A stretch of DNA of 64,000 nt, taken from the sequence record DRR378314_251, one strand, 5' to 3'. Shown one piece after another: positions 28,813 to 38,897 of the stretch. Numbering within the stretch: the first letter of the stretch is position 1; each line of letters starts with the position of its first letter. The notes beneath the pieces are model-generated. The model was not told the DNA's origin. It made no database searches and saw nothing but the letters and a program-made list of their open reading frames with translations. The translations under genes were made by a program, and so were the position numbers.

Positions 28813-29572
28813 TCCGGATCTGCCGCGGGTCATACGTACCGGGCTCAGAACCGGGCGATTGCTCGGCCAGAGCCCGTATGCGCGCCTGATCCTTGTCCTG
28901 AGCGCATTCGCCTGGCTGGTGATCCTGCTTCCTGAGACGTCCGGAGAATGGATTGATGTGTGCCTCGGTCGCGGCGGAACAAGCCGGATCTATCTCGACC
29001 TTTCCGGATCCGACCCGCCAATTGGGCAGCATGCTGCCTTGATGAGTCTTGCCATGATGGCCCCTATCTCGCTCATATACCAGGCCAGTATCGAAGGACG
29101 TTTCACAAGTCTCTGGCGCCTGCCCGCGCGGATTGCCTTCCTCTTGCCTTATCTTGCGCTCTGGAGCCTGTTTGCGATTATCGTGAGCCATCTTCGCCTC
29201 ATGTTCATGGCCTTGGGTGCAGATCCGGTCTGGCTTCTAGTGGGCGTCACCCTTCTGGCCATGATCTGGCAGGGTACAGAGTTTAAGCGCCGGATAGATG
29301 GGCACCATCACAGGATTTTTCCTGTCCCCGCCGCCGGCCTGCCGGCACTTGAGGCGATGGTTCGCCGCGGCTTTGCCAAGGGGGCTTTGTGTCTTGCGAG
29401 CTGCGGCCCGATGATGCTGATCGCAATCCATGCAGGCCACCAGGCCGGCATCATGTTGTTGATTACCCTGCTCGCACTCATAGACCGGACCAGCTACCGG
29501 CCCAGGACCCCGGCGCTTCAATCCGGCCTCGCTCTGGCGGGTCTGAGCGGATGGATTGTGCTCACTCAATAG
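28802..29572 (+). CDS. DUF2182 metal-binding membrane protein (putative copper chaperone)
   Basis: AMMAP, YLALW, WQ…KR, CLASC, MML motifs with multiple TM segments; overlaps tyrosinase stop. Confidence 0.8.
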   Translation: MWNDPDLPRVIRTGLRTGRLLGQSPYARLILVLSAFAWLVILLPETSGEWIDVCLGRGGTSRIYLDLSGSDPPIGQHAALMSLAMMAPISLIYQASIEGRFTSLWRLPARIAFLLPYLALWSLFAIIVSHLRLMFMALGADPVWLLVGVTLLAMIWQGTEFKRRIDGHHHRIFPVPAAGLPALEAMVRRGFAKGALCLASCGPMMLIAIHAGHQAGIMLLITLLALIDRTSYRPRTPALQSGLALAGLSGWIVLTQ

Positions 29573-29588
29573 CGAAGGAGACTCGATT

Positions 29589-30965
29589 ATGGCTGACAAA
29601 ATCGGCCCGCTTCTGCGTGATGCCCTGGATCGTGAAAGCCGGACGCGGCTTTTCTCCCTGAATGAGGGCGACGCGCCGCCTGAAAGCATGGCTGAACTGT
29701 CTGAGCCAGTCCTGCCGGTCATTGCCTCAGCGCACCGGATCCGGCCTGAACCGGGCGAGCCGTTCGACCTCTATGCTGAACGCGTTCGGCGTGCCCTCGG
29801 CGATCTGACCGGCCTTGCCAGAGACATATCTCCCCTCGACAGCCAGCTTCTGATTACAGGCAACGCCGTATCCCTCGCCCTACCGGTGAGCCGTATCGAT
29901 CAACTTCAGGCCTCCAGCGCAGTCGTCCAGGTCGAGCTCGACGCGCGAATTCAGGCGGCCAGCCTGGACGATGCCATGCCGGGTGTCGGACAACCGCACT
30001 TCCAAATGGAGACCGGACTGACGGGCGCAGGGATAAGAGTTGCCCTGCTCGATTCCGGGATAGATGAAGATCACCCTCATCTTCATGTTTCAGGCGCAGT
30101 CAGTACCTGCGGTGAGCCGGTTCATCCACCCGGGCGCCATGGGACGCATTGCGCCGGATGCCTTGCTTCGCGGGACGCAGACTTCCCAGGCATCGCACCG
30201 CACATCGAGCTCTACAATGTCAAAGTGCTGGATCATCAGGGAAACGGGACACCCACCTCCATTGGTCTTGGTATTGATCGCGCCGCTGAATGGGAGGCGG
30301 ATATTGTGTCCATGTCACTTGGCTTCAATCAGCTCCCCAAATCGGCCCGGGGAGGCCATGGCTGGCTATGCGAGAATGGAACCTGCCAGCTCTGCAACAC
30401 TGTTGAAAACGCAATCGACCTCGGCATGATCATCATCATAGCCGCCGGCAATGTTCACGAGCTTGCGGAAGACCATCGCAAAAACAATCCTCTTTGGGAC
30501 GTGACAGAAATCACCTGCCCTGGTCATGCCAAGCATGCGATCACGATCGGCGCATTGACCAAGGGCATTCCGGAGCCGGCCGCGTTTTCCAGTCATGGTC
30601 CGACGCGCTATGGAGCCGAAAAGCCTGATCTTTCCGCCCCCGGTGTGAACATCACCTCGTGCGCTCCTGTGCCTCGTGATTGGCAAGGGGCGCCGCTTGC
30701 GGCGCCGAGCCGCGATCAGCTCTTCTTTCGCGAGAGTGGTACGTCCATGGCCACGCCCATGGTTGCGGGCGCTGCTGCCCTCATGCTGGAATATCTGAAG
30801 CAGCATGGCCGAACGGCCAATCAGGCAGAGATGAAGCAGATCCTGACCACCCTGTTCTGTAATCCGCTCCCTCATGATAGACTTCAGATTGGAGAAGGCC
30901 AATTAAAGCTGCCGGACAAGGCCGCGATCCCGCTGGCACCATGGCTGAAAATCCGTCGCCCCTAG
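29589..30965 (+). CDS. S8 subtilisin-like serine peptidase (cytoplasmic, with prodomain)
   Basis: Triad LLDSG, HGTHCAG, GTSMATP; AAGN oxyanion motif; AAGGAG RBS. Confidence 0.93.
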   Translation: MADKIGPLLRDALDRESRTRLFSLNEGDAPPESMAELSEPVLPVIASAHRIRPEPGEPFDLYAERVRRALGDLTGLARDISPLDSQLLITGNAVSLALPVSRIDQLQASSAVVQVELDARIQAASLDDAMPGVGQPHFQMETGLTGAGIRVALLDSGIDEDHPHLHVSGAVSTCGEPVHPPGRHGTHCAGCLASRDADFPGIAPHIELYNVKVLDHQGNGTPTSIGLGIDRAAEWEADIVSMSLGFNQLPKSARGGHGWLCENGTCQLCNTVENAIDLGMIIIIAAGNVHELAEDHRKNNPLWDVTEITCPGHAKHAITIGALTKGIPEPAAFSSHGPTRYGAEKPDLSAPGVNITSCAPVPRDWQGAPLAAPSRDQLFFRESGTSMATPMVAGAAALMLEYLKQHGRTANQAEMKQILTTLFCNPLPHDRLQIGEGQLKLPDKAAIPLAPWLKIRRP

Positions 30966-31291
30966 AGGAGCTTAAAACCCATCCCATGCCCGGCAATGGC
31001 TTCGATAAAGACCCTCACATGGTCAAAGTCTCGATCCGCAAGACCGAACGGTTGAGGGGGCTCACCTATGCTGAACGCAGAACCATGCTCGAAGCATGGA
31101 TGAACCAGCTCATAGCGGCGCTGGAAGGATATCAGGCTAAAATTTCCGCTGAGACACTCTCTCCGCTTGGCCAGTCTGTCGAAGCGCATATTCCTGAAAA
31201 ATATATCGCTGCCTTAAGCGATACGCTTGGTACCGCCTCGGTCAGCATCGATCCAATCGATACAAACAATGCCGAGCAGTCTGAGGACTGA
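30941..31291 (+). CDS. Small protein resembling the S8 prodomain (possible inhibitor)
   Basis: Overlaps S8 3' end; YAERRTML…GQSVEAHIP parallels YAERVRRAL…GNAVSLALP of the S8 N-terminus. Confidence 0.55.
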   Translation: MAENPSPLEELKTHPMPGNGFDKDPHMVKVSIRKTERLRGLTYAERRTMLEAWMNQLIAALEGYQAKISAETLSPLGQSVEAHIPEKYIAALSDTLGTASVSIDPIDTNNAEQSED

Positions 31292-31294
31292 TTG

Positions 31295-32698
31295 CTATTT
31301 GCCAATCTCTTCATCTCCGAACAGAAATGGGGCGGCAGTCCGGCGATATTCATCGCCCAGCAATTGGCGTCCGAGAGGAGGCTCTGCGCGCGCCAGGCAT
31401 TCTGACCGGTGACAAAGCCGGCAGGAAACCCCGATCGGGGTCGGTGTATCGGTCGCAACATCACGACCGTCAGCATAGACGAGACGATCTGCATGCTCGG
31501 TCCGGCAGCCGAGTGCCACAGCCCGCTCTGCAGTATGAGCCGCAAATGCGCCACCGCCCGCCATCACCGTTCGTGAGACAGACAGAAAGCGGTCGCCATC
31601 CGGCAATTCAAGCAATTGGATGACTATTTTTCCGGGTGTGCGGAACACCGAGTGTACGGACCAGAGCGGACAGGACCCGCCATGGCGCGCAAACGGAAAC
31701 CCTGACCCGTCGAGGCGTTTGGAAACATTCCCGGCCGCATCTACGCGGATAAAAAAGAAAGGCACACCTTCTGCGCCCTTTCTTTGTAACGATGTCAGCC
31801 GATGAGCGATCTGCTCAAAGCTTGATCCAAATCGGCGCATCAGAATTTCGATATCGTACCGGCATTCCTCGGCAGCCTCGAAAAATTGCCTGTAAGGCAA
31901 AAGGATCGCGCCGGCTGCATAATTACCAAGCGCCCTGCGGGCAATGAGGCGGGCATCGGATGAGAGCTCAGCAGCTCCATCAAGCACGTGATCGATTTCC
32001 TCATGGAGGCTCAGATACGCTATTTGCAAAGCGATTTGAAATACCGCAGCCGCCGGCTCCAGGGATTCATCCAGCACAAGTTCCCGCCTGTGCGGATCAT
32101 GCCGCCGAATAGCTCCGGCCATGACGTGTTTTGGCAGGTAGCGGGTTTTTATCCCGTGCCGGCTTTCCAGGAATTTCGCAAGTGCATCGCTGCCGCCATG
32201 CGCCAGGCCGATGCGCTCGGCTGATGCTTCGATCCCGGCAAAATGATTGTTCTGGCGGGCGATAAACCTGCGCGCTTCTTCGACCGGATCACCGGCTCTG
32301 GAGGTTTCTGCTTTATCGGCCAATGCAAGCTGGCTTTCGACATAAGCCCGATGCGCGCGCACAAAGGCCTCGGCAAGCCCTGGATGACCTATCGCCAGTT
32401 CCCGGGGCTCGGCGGGACCAAGATCCAGACCTGCAAATAGCGGATCCTTAAGGACGTCTTCGACACGCCGGGTCAGACCTGTGCCGCCATCGCCGATAAA
32501 GCGAGAGAGGTCGACGTCATAGATACTGGCCAGTTTCAGAAGAACGGAGGCCGTCAGCGGCCGCTGATTGCGTTCGATGAGCGCGATATAGGAGGGAGAA
32601 ATATCCAGTTCGGCCGCCATTGCAATCTGAGTCAGGCCGAGATCCCGGCGCAATCGCCGCAATCTCGGACCGACAAAGACGGCCTTCTCTCCTGACAT
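31295..32698 (-). CDS. ramB: Short-chain fatty acyl-CoA regulator (ScfR/RamB family)
   Basis: XRE HTH (GPRLRRLRR…SPSYIALIERNQRP), DAAGNVSKR, GGSCPLW, C-terminal CRLCHRSEC; next to glcB. Confidence 0.85.
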   Translation of the reverse strand: MSGEKAVFVGPRLRRLRRDLGLTQIAMAAELDISPSYIALIERNQRPLTASVLLKLASIYDVDLSRFIGDGGTGLTRRVEDVLKDPLFAGLDLGPAEPRELAIGHPGLAEAFVRAHRAYVESQLALADKAETSRAGDPVEEARRFIARQNNHFAGIEASAERIGLAHGGSDALAKFLESRHGIKTRYLPKHVMAGAIRRHDPHRRELVLDESLEPAAAVFQIALQIAYLSLHEEIDHVLDGAAELSSDARLIARRALGNYAAGAILLPYRQFFEAAEECRYDIEILMRRFGSSFEQIAHRLTSLQRKGAEGVPFFFIRVDAAGNVSKRLDGSGFPFARHGGSCPLWSVHSVFRTPGKIVIQLLELPDGDRFLSVSRTVMAGGGAFAAHTAERAVALGCRTEHADRLVYADGRDVATDTPTPIGVSCRLCHRSECLARAEPPLGRQLLGDEYRRTAAPFLFGDEEIGK

Positions 32699-32704
32699 GG
32701 GCGC

Positions 32705-34870
32705 CTAACCTTCCACCTTGTCGCGCGCCTTGGCCTCCAGCCGGAATTTGTGAAGCAGAGGTTCGGTATATCCGCTGGGCTGGTCAGCACCTTCCAGGAC
32801 AAGTGCAAGCGCCGCCCGGTAGGCGATCCCATCATAGGCTGGCGCCATCGGCCGATAATGAGGGTCGTTAGAATTCTGGGCGTCAACTTTGATCGCCATC
32901 CGCTGAAAGGCTGCTGCGACCTGGCTGCGAGTGCAGACCCCATGCCTCAGCCAGTTGGCCATATGCTGGGAAGAAATCCGCAAAGTCGCCCGGTCCTCCA
33001 TAAGGCCGACATCATCTATGTCGGGCACCTTGGAGCAGCCGACCCCCTGGTCGATCCAGCGCACAACATAGCCCAGAATTCCCTGCGCATTGTTTTCAAG
33101 CTCAGCCTCGACGTCCTGTTCCGGGTAATCCGGAGTGGCAGCAATGGGCAAGCTGAGAAGCTTATCAAGTGCCGGGACGCCTGCCTTGCTGGCCCGCTGG
33201 CGGCATTCGGTGATGTCCACATCATGATAATGGGTGGCATGAAGGGTCGCGGCCGTTGGACTGGGCACCCAGGCCGTGTTTGCGCCTGTCCCTGGATGTG
33301 CAGCTTTTTCTGCCAGCATATCCCCCATCCGGTCAGGGGCCGCCCACATGCCCTTGCCGATCTGGGCACGCCCGTCAAATCCGCATGCGAGACCAATGGC
33401 AACATTTCGGGCCTCGTAGGCGGCGATCCAGTCGGTCTTCTTCATTGCGGCTTTACGCACGACCGGTCCGGCTTCCATGGACGTATGGATTTCGTCACCT
33501 GTGCGATCAAGGAAGCCGGTATTGATGAAAACGATCCGGTCTTTGACCGCTGCAATACAAGCGGCGAGATTGGCTGATGTGCGCCGCTCCTCATCCATGA
33601 CGCCGACCTTGATCGTGTGACGGTCCAGACCCAGCACGTCTTCGACCGCATTGAACAAATCATTGGTAAAGGCGCATTCTTCAGGCCCGTGCATTTTCGG
33701 TTTCACAATATAGATCGAACCAGACGCTGAGTTCCGGCGAGACACCAGATCATGGCATGCGATCAGGCTGGTGATCAGAGCGTCGAGAATGCCTTCGGGC
33801 GCCTCACTCCCGTCTGACAGGCGCACCGCCGGCGTGGTCATCAGATGACCAACATTCCGGACCAATAAAAGGGAGCGTCCTTTCAAGACAAGATCCGGAC
33901 CGTCCGGGGATTTGTACCGCCTGTCAGGTGCAAGGGCCCGGGCGCGCATACTGCCGCCTTTTTTGAAGCGGGTTTCAAGATCCCCTTTCATGAGACCAAG
34001 CCAGACCCGATAGGCTTCGACCTTGTCTTCGGCATCTACAGCTGCCACCGAATCCTCAAAGTCGACAATGGTCGAAAGCGCGGATTCCAGAACGACATCG
34101 CTGACCCCAGCCCTGTCCTGACGACCGACTGCCGTCTTCGGATCGATGGTCATTTCAATGTGCAAGCCATGATGGCGCAGGAGGATTTCCGACGGTGCGG
34201 CCGGGTCACCATGATAGCCCGCCAAAGCGGCTGGGTCTTCCAGGGCCGGCACCAATTGGCCATTCTCGATCGAATATGCCGATACATCGGCATGCGAACC
34301 CGCAGCGAGCGGCACAGCCCTGTCGAGAAAGGCTTTGACCCACCCAATGACTCTCTCACCGCGTGCCGGGTCATATCCCGGCTTTTCACCCGGCAAATGA
34401 GCAATTGCGTCGCTCCCGTAGAGAGCGTCATAGAGAGACCCCCAGCGCGCGTTCGCGGCATTCAGGACATAGCGCGCATTGAGGACCGGTACGACGAGCT
34501 GAGGTCCGGCAAGACTGCTGAGTTCCGGGTCGACATGGCCGGTTGTAATCGAGAAGGGTTCCGGCGCCTCGACGAGATAACCGATCGATTCAAGAAATTC
34601 CCTATAGGCACTGCCATCCGTCAGGCTGGTAGAGGCGTGCCAGGCATCAATTCTCTCCTGAATCTGCTTGCGCTTGAGGAGAAGCTGCCGGTTGCGGTCC
34701 GTAAACTTTCCAAAGAGCTCTGCAAAGCCGCTCCAGAAGTCTTCTGATGTGAGTGTCAGCCCCGGCAGGATCTCTGCTTCAACAAACTGATGGAGCTGTT
34801 TGTCGACCTGAAGACCGTGCACAGGGACAAAAACTGCCAGATCAAGCATCGCGCCGGAAGCCGCCGTCAT
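32705..34870 (-). CDS. glcB: Malate synthase G
   Basis: NAANARWGSLYDALYG, DFEDS, KPKMHGP, DEERRTS, GFLDRTGDE, CSKVPD, MEDRATLRISSQ. Confidence 0.97.
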   Translation of the reverse strand: MTAASGAMLDLAVFVPVHGLQVDKQLHQFVEAEILPGLTLTSEDFWSGFAELFGKFTDRNRQLLLKRKQIQERIDAWHASTSLTDGSAYREFLESIGYLVEAPEPFSITTGHVDPELSSLAGPQLVVPVLNARYVLNAANARWGSLYDALYGSDAIAHLPGEKPGYDPARGERVIGWVKAFLDRAVPLAAGSHADVSAYSIENGQLVPALEDPAALAGYHGDPAAPSEILLRHHGLHIEMTIDPKTAVGRQDRAGVSDVVLESALSTIVDFEDSVAAVDAEDKVEAYRVWLGLMKGDLETRFKKGGSMRARALAPDRRYKSPDGPDLVLKGRSLLLVRNVGHLMTTPAVRLSDGSEAPEGILDALITSLIACHDLVSRRNSASGSIYIVKPKMHGPEECAFTNDLFNAVEDVLGLDRHTIKVGVMDEERRTSANLAACIAAVKDRIVFINTGFLDRTGDEIHTSMEAGPVVRKAAMKKTDWIAAYEARNVAIGLACGFDGRAQIGKGMWAAPDRMGDMLAEKAAHPGTGANTAWVPSPTAATLHATHYHDVDITECRQRASKAGVPALDKLLSLPIAATPDYPEQDVEAELENNAQGILGYVVRWIDQGVGCSKVPDIDDVGLMEDRATLRISSQHMANWLRHGVCTRSQVAAAFQRMAIKVDAQNSNDPHYRPMAPAYDGIAYRAALALVLEGADQPSGYTEPLLHKFRLEAKARDKVEG

Positions 34871-35751
34871 GCCCCTTCTCCCTTTTTGGCATAGTCATAC
34901 CAGCCCTTGCCGGTCTTTTCGCCATACTCGCCTTTGAGATAGTGAGCAGTCAGGCTTGGCGGCGGCAGATGCTCCTGCTCTCCTGAGGCCTGAAACGCCT
35001 CAACCATCATGATATAGGACAGATCGATGCCGGTCAGATCATTCAGGCGGAATGGGCCCATGGGGTGGCCGGCGCCAAAGACACATGCCTTGTCGATGTC
35101 TTCATGAGAGGCGACGCCCATTTCCAGAAGCCAGAACGCTTCGCGCTGGATGGCACCAAAAATCCGGTTGAGCAGGAAGCCATCGACCTCCTTTTTCAGG
35201 TGAACAGGTTCCTTGTTCAACGCCCTGCAAAGCGCCATCGAGATTTCAGCTGTTTCATCCGATACGTGCGGCCCCTGAACAACTTCAACCAGTTTCATGA
35301 CCAGGGCGGGGTTGAAGAAATGAAGATTGATGACCTTGTCCGGCCGGGTGGTCGCATCGGCAAATTTTGAACTGACAATGGCGGAGGAATTCGATGCGAG
35401 GATCGCGTGCCTCGGCGCCAATTGGTCAAGTTCTGCAAACAGATGCCGTTTGACCTCCAGCTTTTCTACCACGGCCTCGATGACATAGTCTGCCGCTTTT
35501 ACCGCCTCTGCCAGATTATCGGTGAAACGAAGCCGCGATGCGGCGAGATCGGCGGCTTCCTGCGTAAGCCGTCCTTTTTCAACCCGGCCAGGCAAGTAAT
35601 CTGCGACAAAGGCTTGCGCCGTACTGAGCGTTTCCCGGCTAATGTCTGTACACACAACATCAAAACCTGCTAGGCTTGCCGCCATGGCAATCTGGTGGCC
35701 CATATTGCCTGCACCGATAACAGCAATCGTTTTGATATCCTCAATGGTCAT
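34867..35751 (-). CDS. 3-hydroxyacyl-CoA dehydrogenase
   Basis: GAGNMG, IEAVVE, SNSS, HFFNP, GHPMGP; start MTIEDIK at 35751. Confidence 0.93.
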   Translation of the reverse strand: MTIEDIKTIAVIGAGNMGHQIAMAASLAGFDVVCTDISRETLSTAQAFVADYLPGRVEKGRLTQEAADLAASRLRFTDNLAEAVKAADYVIEAVVEKLEVKRHLFAELDQLAPRHAILASNSSAIVSSKFADATTRPDKVINLHFFNPALVMKLVEVVQGPHVSDETAEISMALCRALNKEPVHLKKEVDGFLLNRIFGAIQREAFWLLEMGVASHEDIDKACVFGAGHPMGPFRLNDLTGIDLSYIMMVEAFQASGEQEHLPPPSLTAHYLKGEYGEKTGKGWYDYAKKGEGA

Positions 35752-35792
35752 ACAATCTGGTTCCCTGATTGAAATCTTGTCCGGGCACTCGG

Positions 35793-37595
35793 TCAGGCCT
35801 GCCCGGTAAACTGGTCGGCTTCCATATCGAGGCAGGTCTGATCGAGACTTGCGATCAGAGACAGCCAGGAATGGATATGCGGAAGCTCGTAACGAAAGAA
35901 GTAGCGGCAGGCTGCAAGCTTGCCGCGATAGAAGGCGATCTCTGTATCTGCCGCTGTCTTCAGCCCCAATTCGGCCGCACGCGCCTGCCGCAACCACATC
36001 CAGGCAATGACAATGTGGCCGAGCGCATCAAGATAGAGGGTTGCGTTTGCCAGGCGGCGATTAAGATCCCCGCAGGCAAGTAGGGCGTCGGTCGTGTTGA
36101 CGAAGGATTGAAGCGCAAGATTGAGGTCCCCGGCAAATTCACTTAGCCCGTTTTCATAGACGCCGCTCAGCGTGTCTTCCCAGATAAGATCGACGAGAGC
36201 CTGCAGCGCACGCCCATCCGCCATAACGATCTTGCGGCCGACAAGATCCAGCCCATGGATGGCATGTGTGCCTTCATGAATGGGGTTGAGCCGATTGTCC
36301 CGATAATGACGTTCGACCGGATAGTCTCTTGTATATCCGTATCCGCCAAGAACCTGGATGGCGTGCTTGTTGGCTTCCAGGCAGAATTCTGACGGCCAGG
36401 ATTTGGTGACCGGGGTCAACAGATCAAGCAGGAGCCCCGCCGCTTCACGCTCGTCCTGGGATGCGGCGGTCTTTTGCTGCTCAAGCAGTGTGCAGCAATA
36501 GTAAACCAGCCCCAATGCCCCTTCGACAGCGGCCTTCTGCGCAAGCAGGAGACGTTTGACATCCGTATGCCCGATGATGGGGATCTGGGGCGTCTCGGGA
36601 GATTTGTTCTGCGGGGCACGTCCCTGCGGGCGATTTTTCGCATAGTCGAGGGCGTAAAGGTATCCTGCCAACGCGCTCATGGCGGCCCCATGGCCCACCC
36701 CGATGCGCGCTTCGTTCATCATATGGAACATGTATTTCAGTCCCTGGTGCGGCTCACCAATGAGGTAACCTTCGCAGGGGCCGGACTCACCGAAATTCAG
36801 GAGTGTGTTGGTTGTCCCGCGCATCCCCATCTTGTGGTTGAGACCTGCCAGGGAAATATTGTTTTTCTCGCCGAGCCTGCCATCCGGGTGAACGCGATAT
36901 TTCGGCACAATAAAAAGCGAAATGCCTTTCACACCTGGCGGACCGCCGGCTATCTTCGCCAGAACCATGTGCACAATGTTTTCGGAGATCTCCTGTTCAC
37001 CACCGGAAATCCACATCTTGTTGCCGGAGATGAGATAGTGCCCATTTTCGGCGGGAACCGCGCGGGTCCGGATATCCGAAAGCGATGAACCGGCCTGAGG
37101 TTCAGACAGGCACATTGTACCAAACCATTTGCCCTCCAGCATGGGAGGCAAAAAAGTGGCTCTTTGGAGATCGGATCCGAAGGCGGCCAGCATGTTTGCC
37201 GCGGCGATCGTCAAAAAGTGATAGCCAGCAATCCCCTGATTGGCCGCAGCAAAGATGCCACCTGCCGAGAGCGTGACATGAGACGGCAATTGCAGCCCGC
37301 CCAGTGCCTCGTCAAAACCCGCCGCAAAAAAGCCGGCCTCCGCATAAGCGCCGAGCGCTTCAGAAACCTCGGAAATAATGTGAACCCGCTCCCCATCGAA
37401 TGCGGGCTCCTGTGCATCGAGCTTGGCTGCGCAGGACAGGTATTTGTCCTCCGCAATCGATTGTGCCGTATCGAGAATGGCGGTGACCGCTTCACGGTCA
37501 TGATCTTTGTAGCGATCATGTTTGAAAAGGGCGCCGAGCTGTTCAACTTCATAAAGAAGAAAATCGAGATCGCGGCGATTGCAGACAAGTGACAT
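35793..37595 (-). CDS. Acyl-CoA dehydrogenase
   Basis: GTMCLSEPQAGS, GNKMWISGG, MMNEARIG, QVLGGYGY, IHEGT. Confidence 0.95.
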   Translation of the reverse strand: MSLVCNRRDLDFLLYEVEQLGALFKHDRYKDHDREAVTAILDTAQSIAEDKYLSCAAKLDAQEPAFDGERVHIISEVSEALGAYAEAGFFAAGFDEALGGLQLPSHVTLSAGGIFAAANQGIAGYHFLTIAAANMLAAFGSDLQRATFLPPMLEGKWFGTMCLSEPQAGSSLSDIRTRAVPAENGHYLISGNKMWISGGEQEISENIVHMVLAKIAGGPPGVKGISLFIVPKYRVHPDGRLGEKNNISLAGLNHKMGMRGTTNTLLNFGESGPCEGYLIGEPHQGLKYMFHMMNEARIGVGHGAAMSALAGYLYALDYAKNRPQGRAPQNKSPETPQIPIIGHTDVKRLLLAQKAAVEGALGLVYYCCTLLEQQKTAASQDEREAAGLLLDLLTPVTKSWPSEFCLEANKHAIQVLGGYGYTRDYPVERHYRDNRLNPIHEGTHAIHGLDLVGRKIVMADGRALQALVDLIWEDTLSGVYENGLSEFAGDLNLALQSFVNTTDALLACGDLNRRLANATLYLDALGHIVIAWMWLRQARAAELGLKTAADTEIAFYRGKLAACRYFFRYELPHIHSWLSLIASLDQTCLDMEADQFTGQA

Positions 37596-37697
37596 GGCAG
37601 GCAGGCATCCAGAACAAAAAAAGCGCCCCCGGACTGATGGCGTGTCGTCGAATGGGAGGAAACGAGAAACGCAAAGTCCGGGGGCAGTTGGAGGAAA

Positions 37698-38894
37698 TCA
37701 GTACACTTCGAACAGGCCGGCAGCCCCCATCCCGCCGCCGACACACATTGTCACGACCACATATCTGGCCCCGCGTCGTTTGCCTTCGATCAGGGCATGC
37801 CCGACCATGCGCGCTCCGGACATGCCGTAGGGGTGGCCGACAGAAATCGCCCCGCCATTCACATTCAGGATCTCATCCGGGATGCCGAGCTTGTCGCGCG
37901 AATAGATGACCTGGCATGCAAAGGCCTCATTGAGTTCCCACAAGCCGATATCGTCCAGGGTGAGGCCATTGGCCTTAAGGAGTTTCGGAACCGCATAAAC
38001 CGGGCCGATGCCCATTTCATCAGGCTCGAGACCTGCCACGGCGATGCCGCGATAGGCCCCGAGCGGGGCAAGACCCCGGCGCTCAGCCTCACGGGCTTCC
38101 ATGAGAACTGAGGCCGAGGCCCCGTCGGAGAGCTGGGAGGCATTTCCCGCCGTAATAAACTTGCCGGTCTCAACCTGTTGACCGCCTGGGAAGACTGGCT
38201 TCAATCCGGAAAGGCTCTCAGCGGTTGTCCCCGGCCGATTGCCTTCATCCTTTTCCAGCGTGACCGACACTTCGGAAACCTCCCGGGTTTCCTTGTCCAT
38301 CAGTTTCATGATGCTGGTCAGCGGCACGATTTCATCATTGAATTTCCCCGCCTCTTGCGCCGCGGCGGTACGCGCCTGCGATTGGGCAGAATATTCGTCC
38401 TGCGCCTCGCGTGACACACCATAGCGCTCGGACACGATTTCTGCTGTCTCCAGCATGGACATGTAGAGTGAGGGCTTGTGCTCGGCGAGCCAGGGATCTG
38501 GCTGACTAAAGGCCTGCGGCACCTGATTGGTTGAAATGGATTCTACACCCGCGCCAATGGCGACATCCATGCCATCTGAGATCACCTGTTTGGCCGCTGT
38601 CGCAATCGCCATCATGCCAGAGGCACACTGACGGTCCATTGACTGGCCCGAGACGGTAACGGGCAAGCCCGCGCGAACAAGCGACTGCCGGGCAACATTC
38701 ATGAAGGCAGTACCGTGTTGCAGCGCGCAGCCCATAACGACATCTTCGACCCCGGCCGGATCAATCCCGGCGCGGGCAACTGCCTCGGCAATGGCATGAC
38801 CCGCGAGCGTTGGTGCGGCGGTATTGTTGAAAGCGCCGCGATAGGCTTTCCCAATCGGCGTTCGCGCCGTGGAGACAATAACAGCTTCGCGCAT
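37698..38894 (-). CDS. Acetyl-CoA C-acyltransferase (thiolase)
   Basis: QCASG, NEAFA, GHPYG, CVGGGMG. Confidence 0.96.
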   Translation of the reverse strand: MREAVIVSTARTPIGKAYRGAFNNTAAPTLAGHAIAEAVARAGIDPAGVEDVVMGCALQHGTAFMNVARQSLVRAGLPVTVSGQSMDRQCASGMMAIATAAKQVISDGMDVAIGAGVESISTNQVPQAFSQPDPWLAEHKPSLYMSMLETAEIVSERYGVSREAQDEYSAQSQARTAAAQEAGKFNDEIVPLTSIMKLMDKETREVSEVSVTLEKDEGNRPGTTAESLSGLKPVFPGGQQVETGKFITAGNASQLSDGASASVLMEAREAERRGLAPLGAYRGIAVAGLEPDEMGIGPVYAVPKLLKANGLTLDDIGLWELNEAFACQVIYSRDKLGIPDEILNVNGGAISVGHPYGMSGARMVGHALIEGKRRGARYVVVTMCVGGGMGAAGLFEVY

Positions 38895-38897
38895 GGC

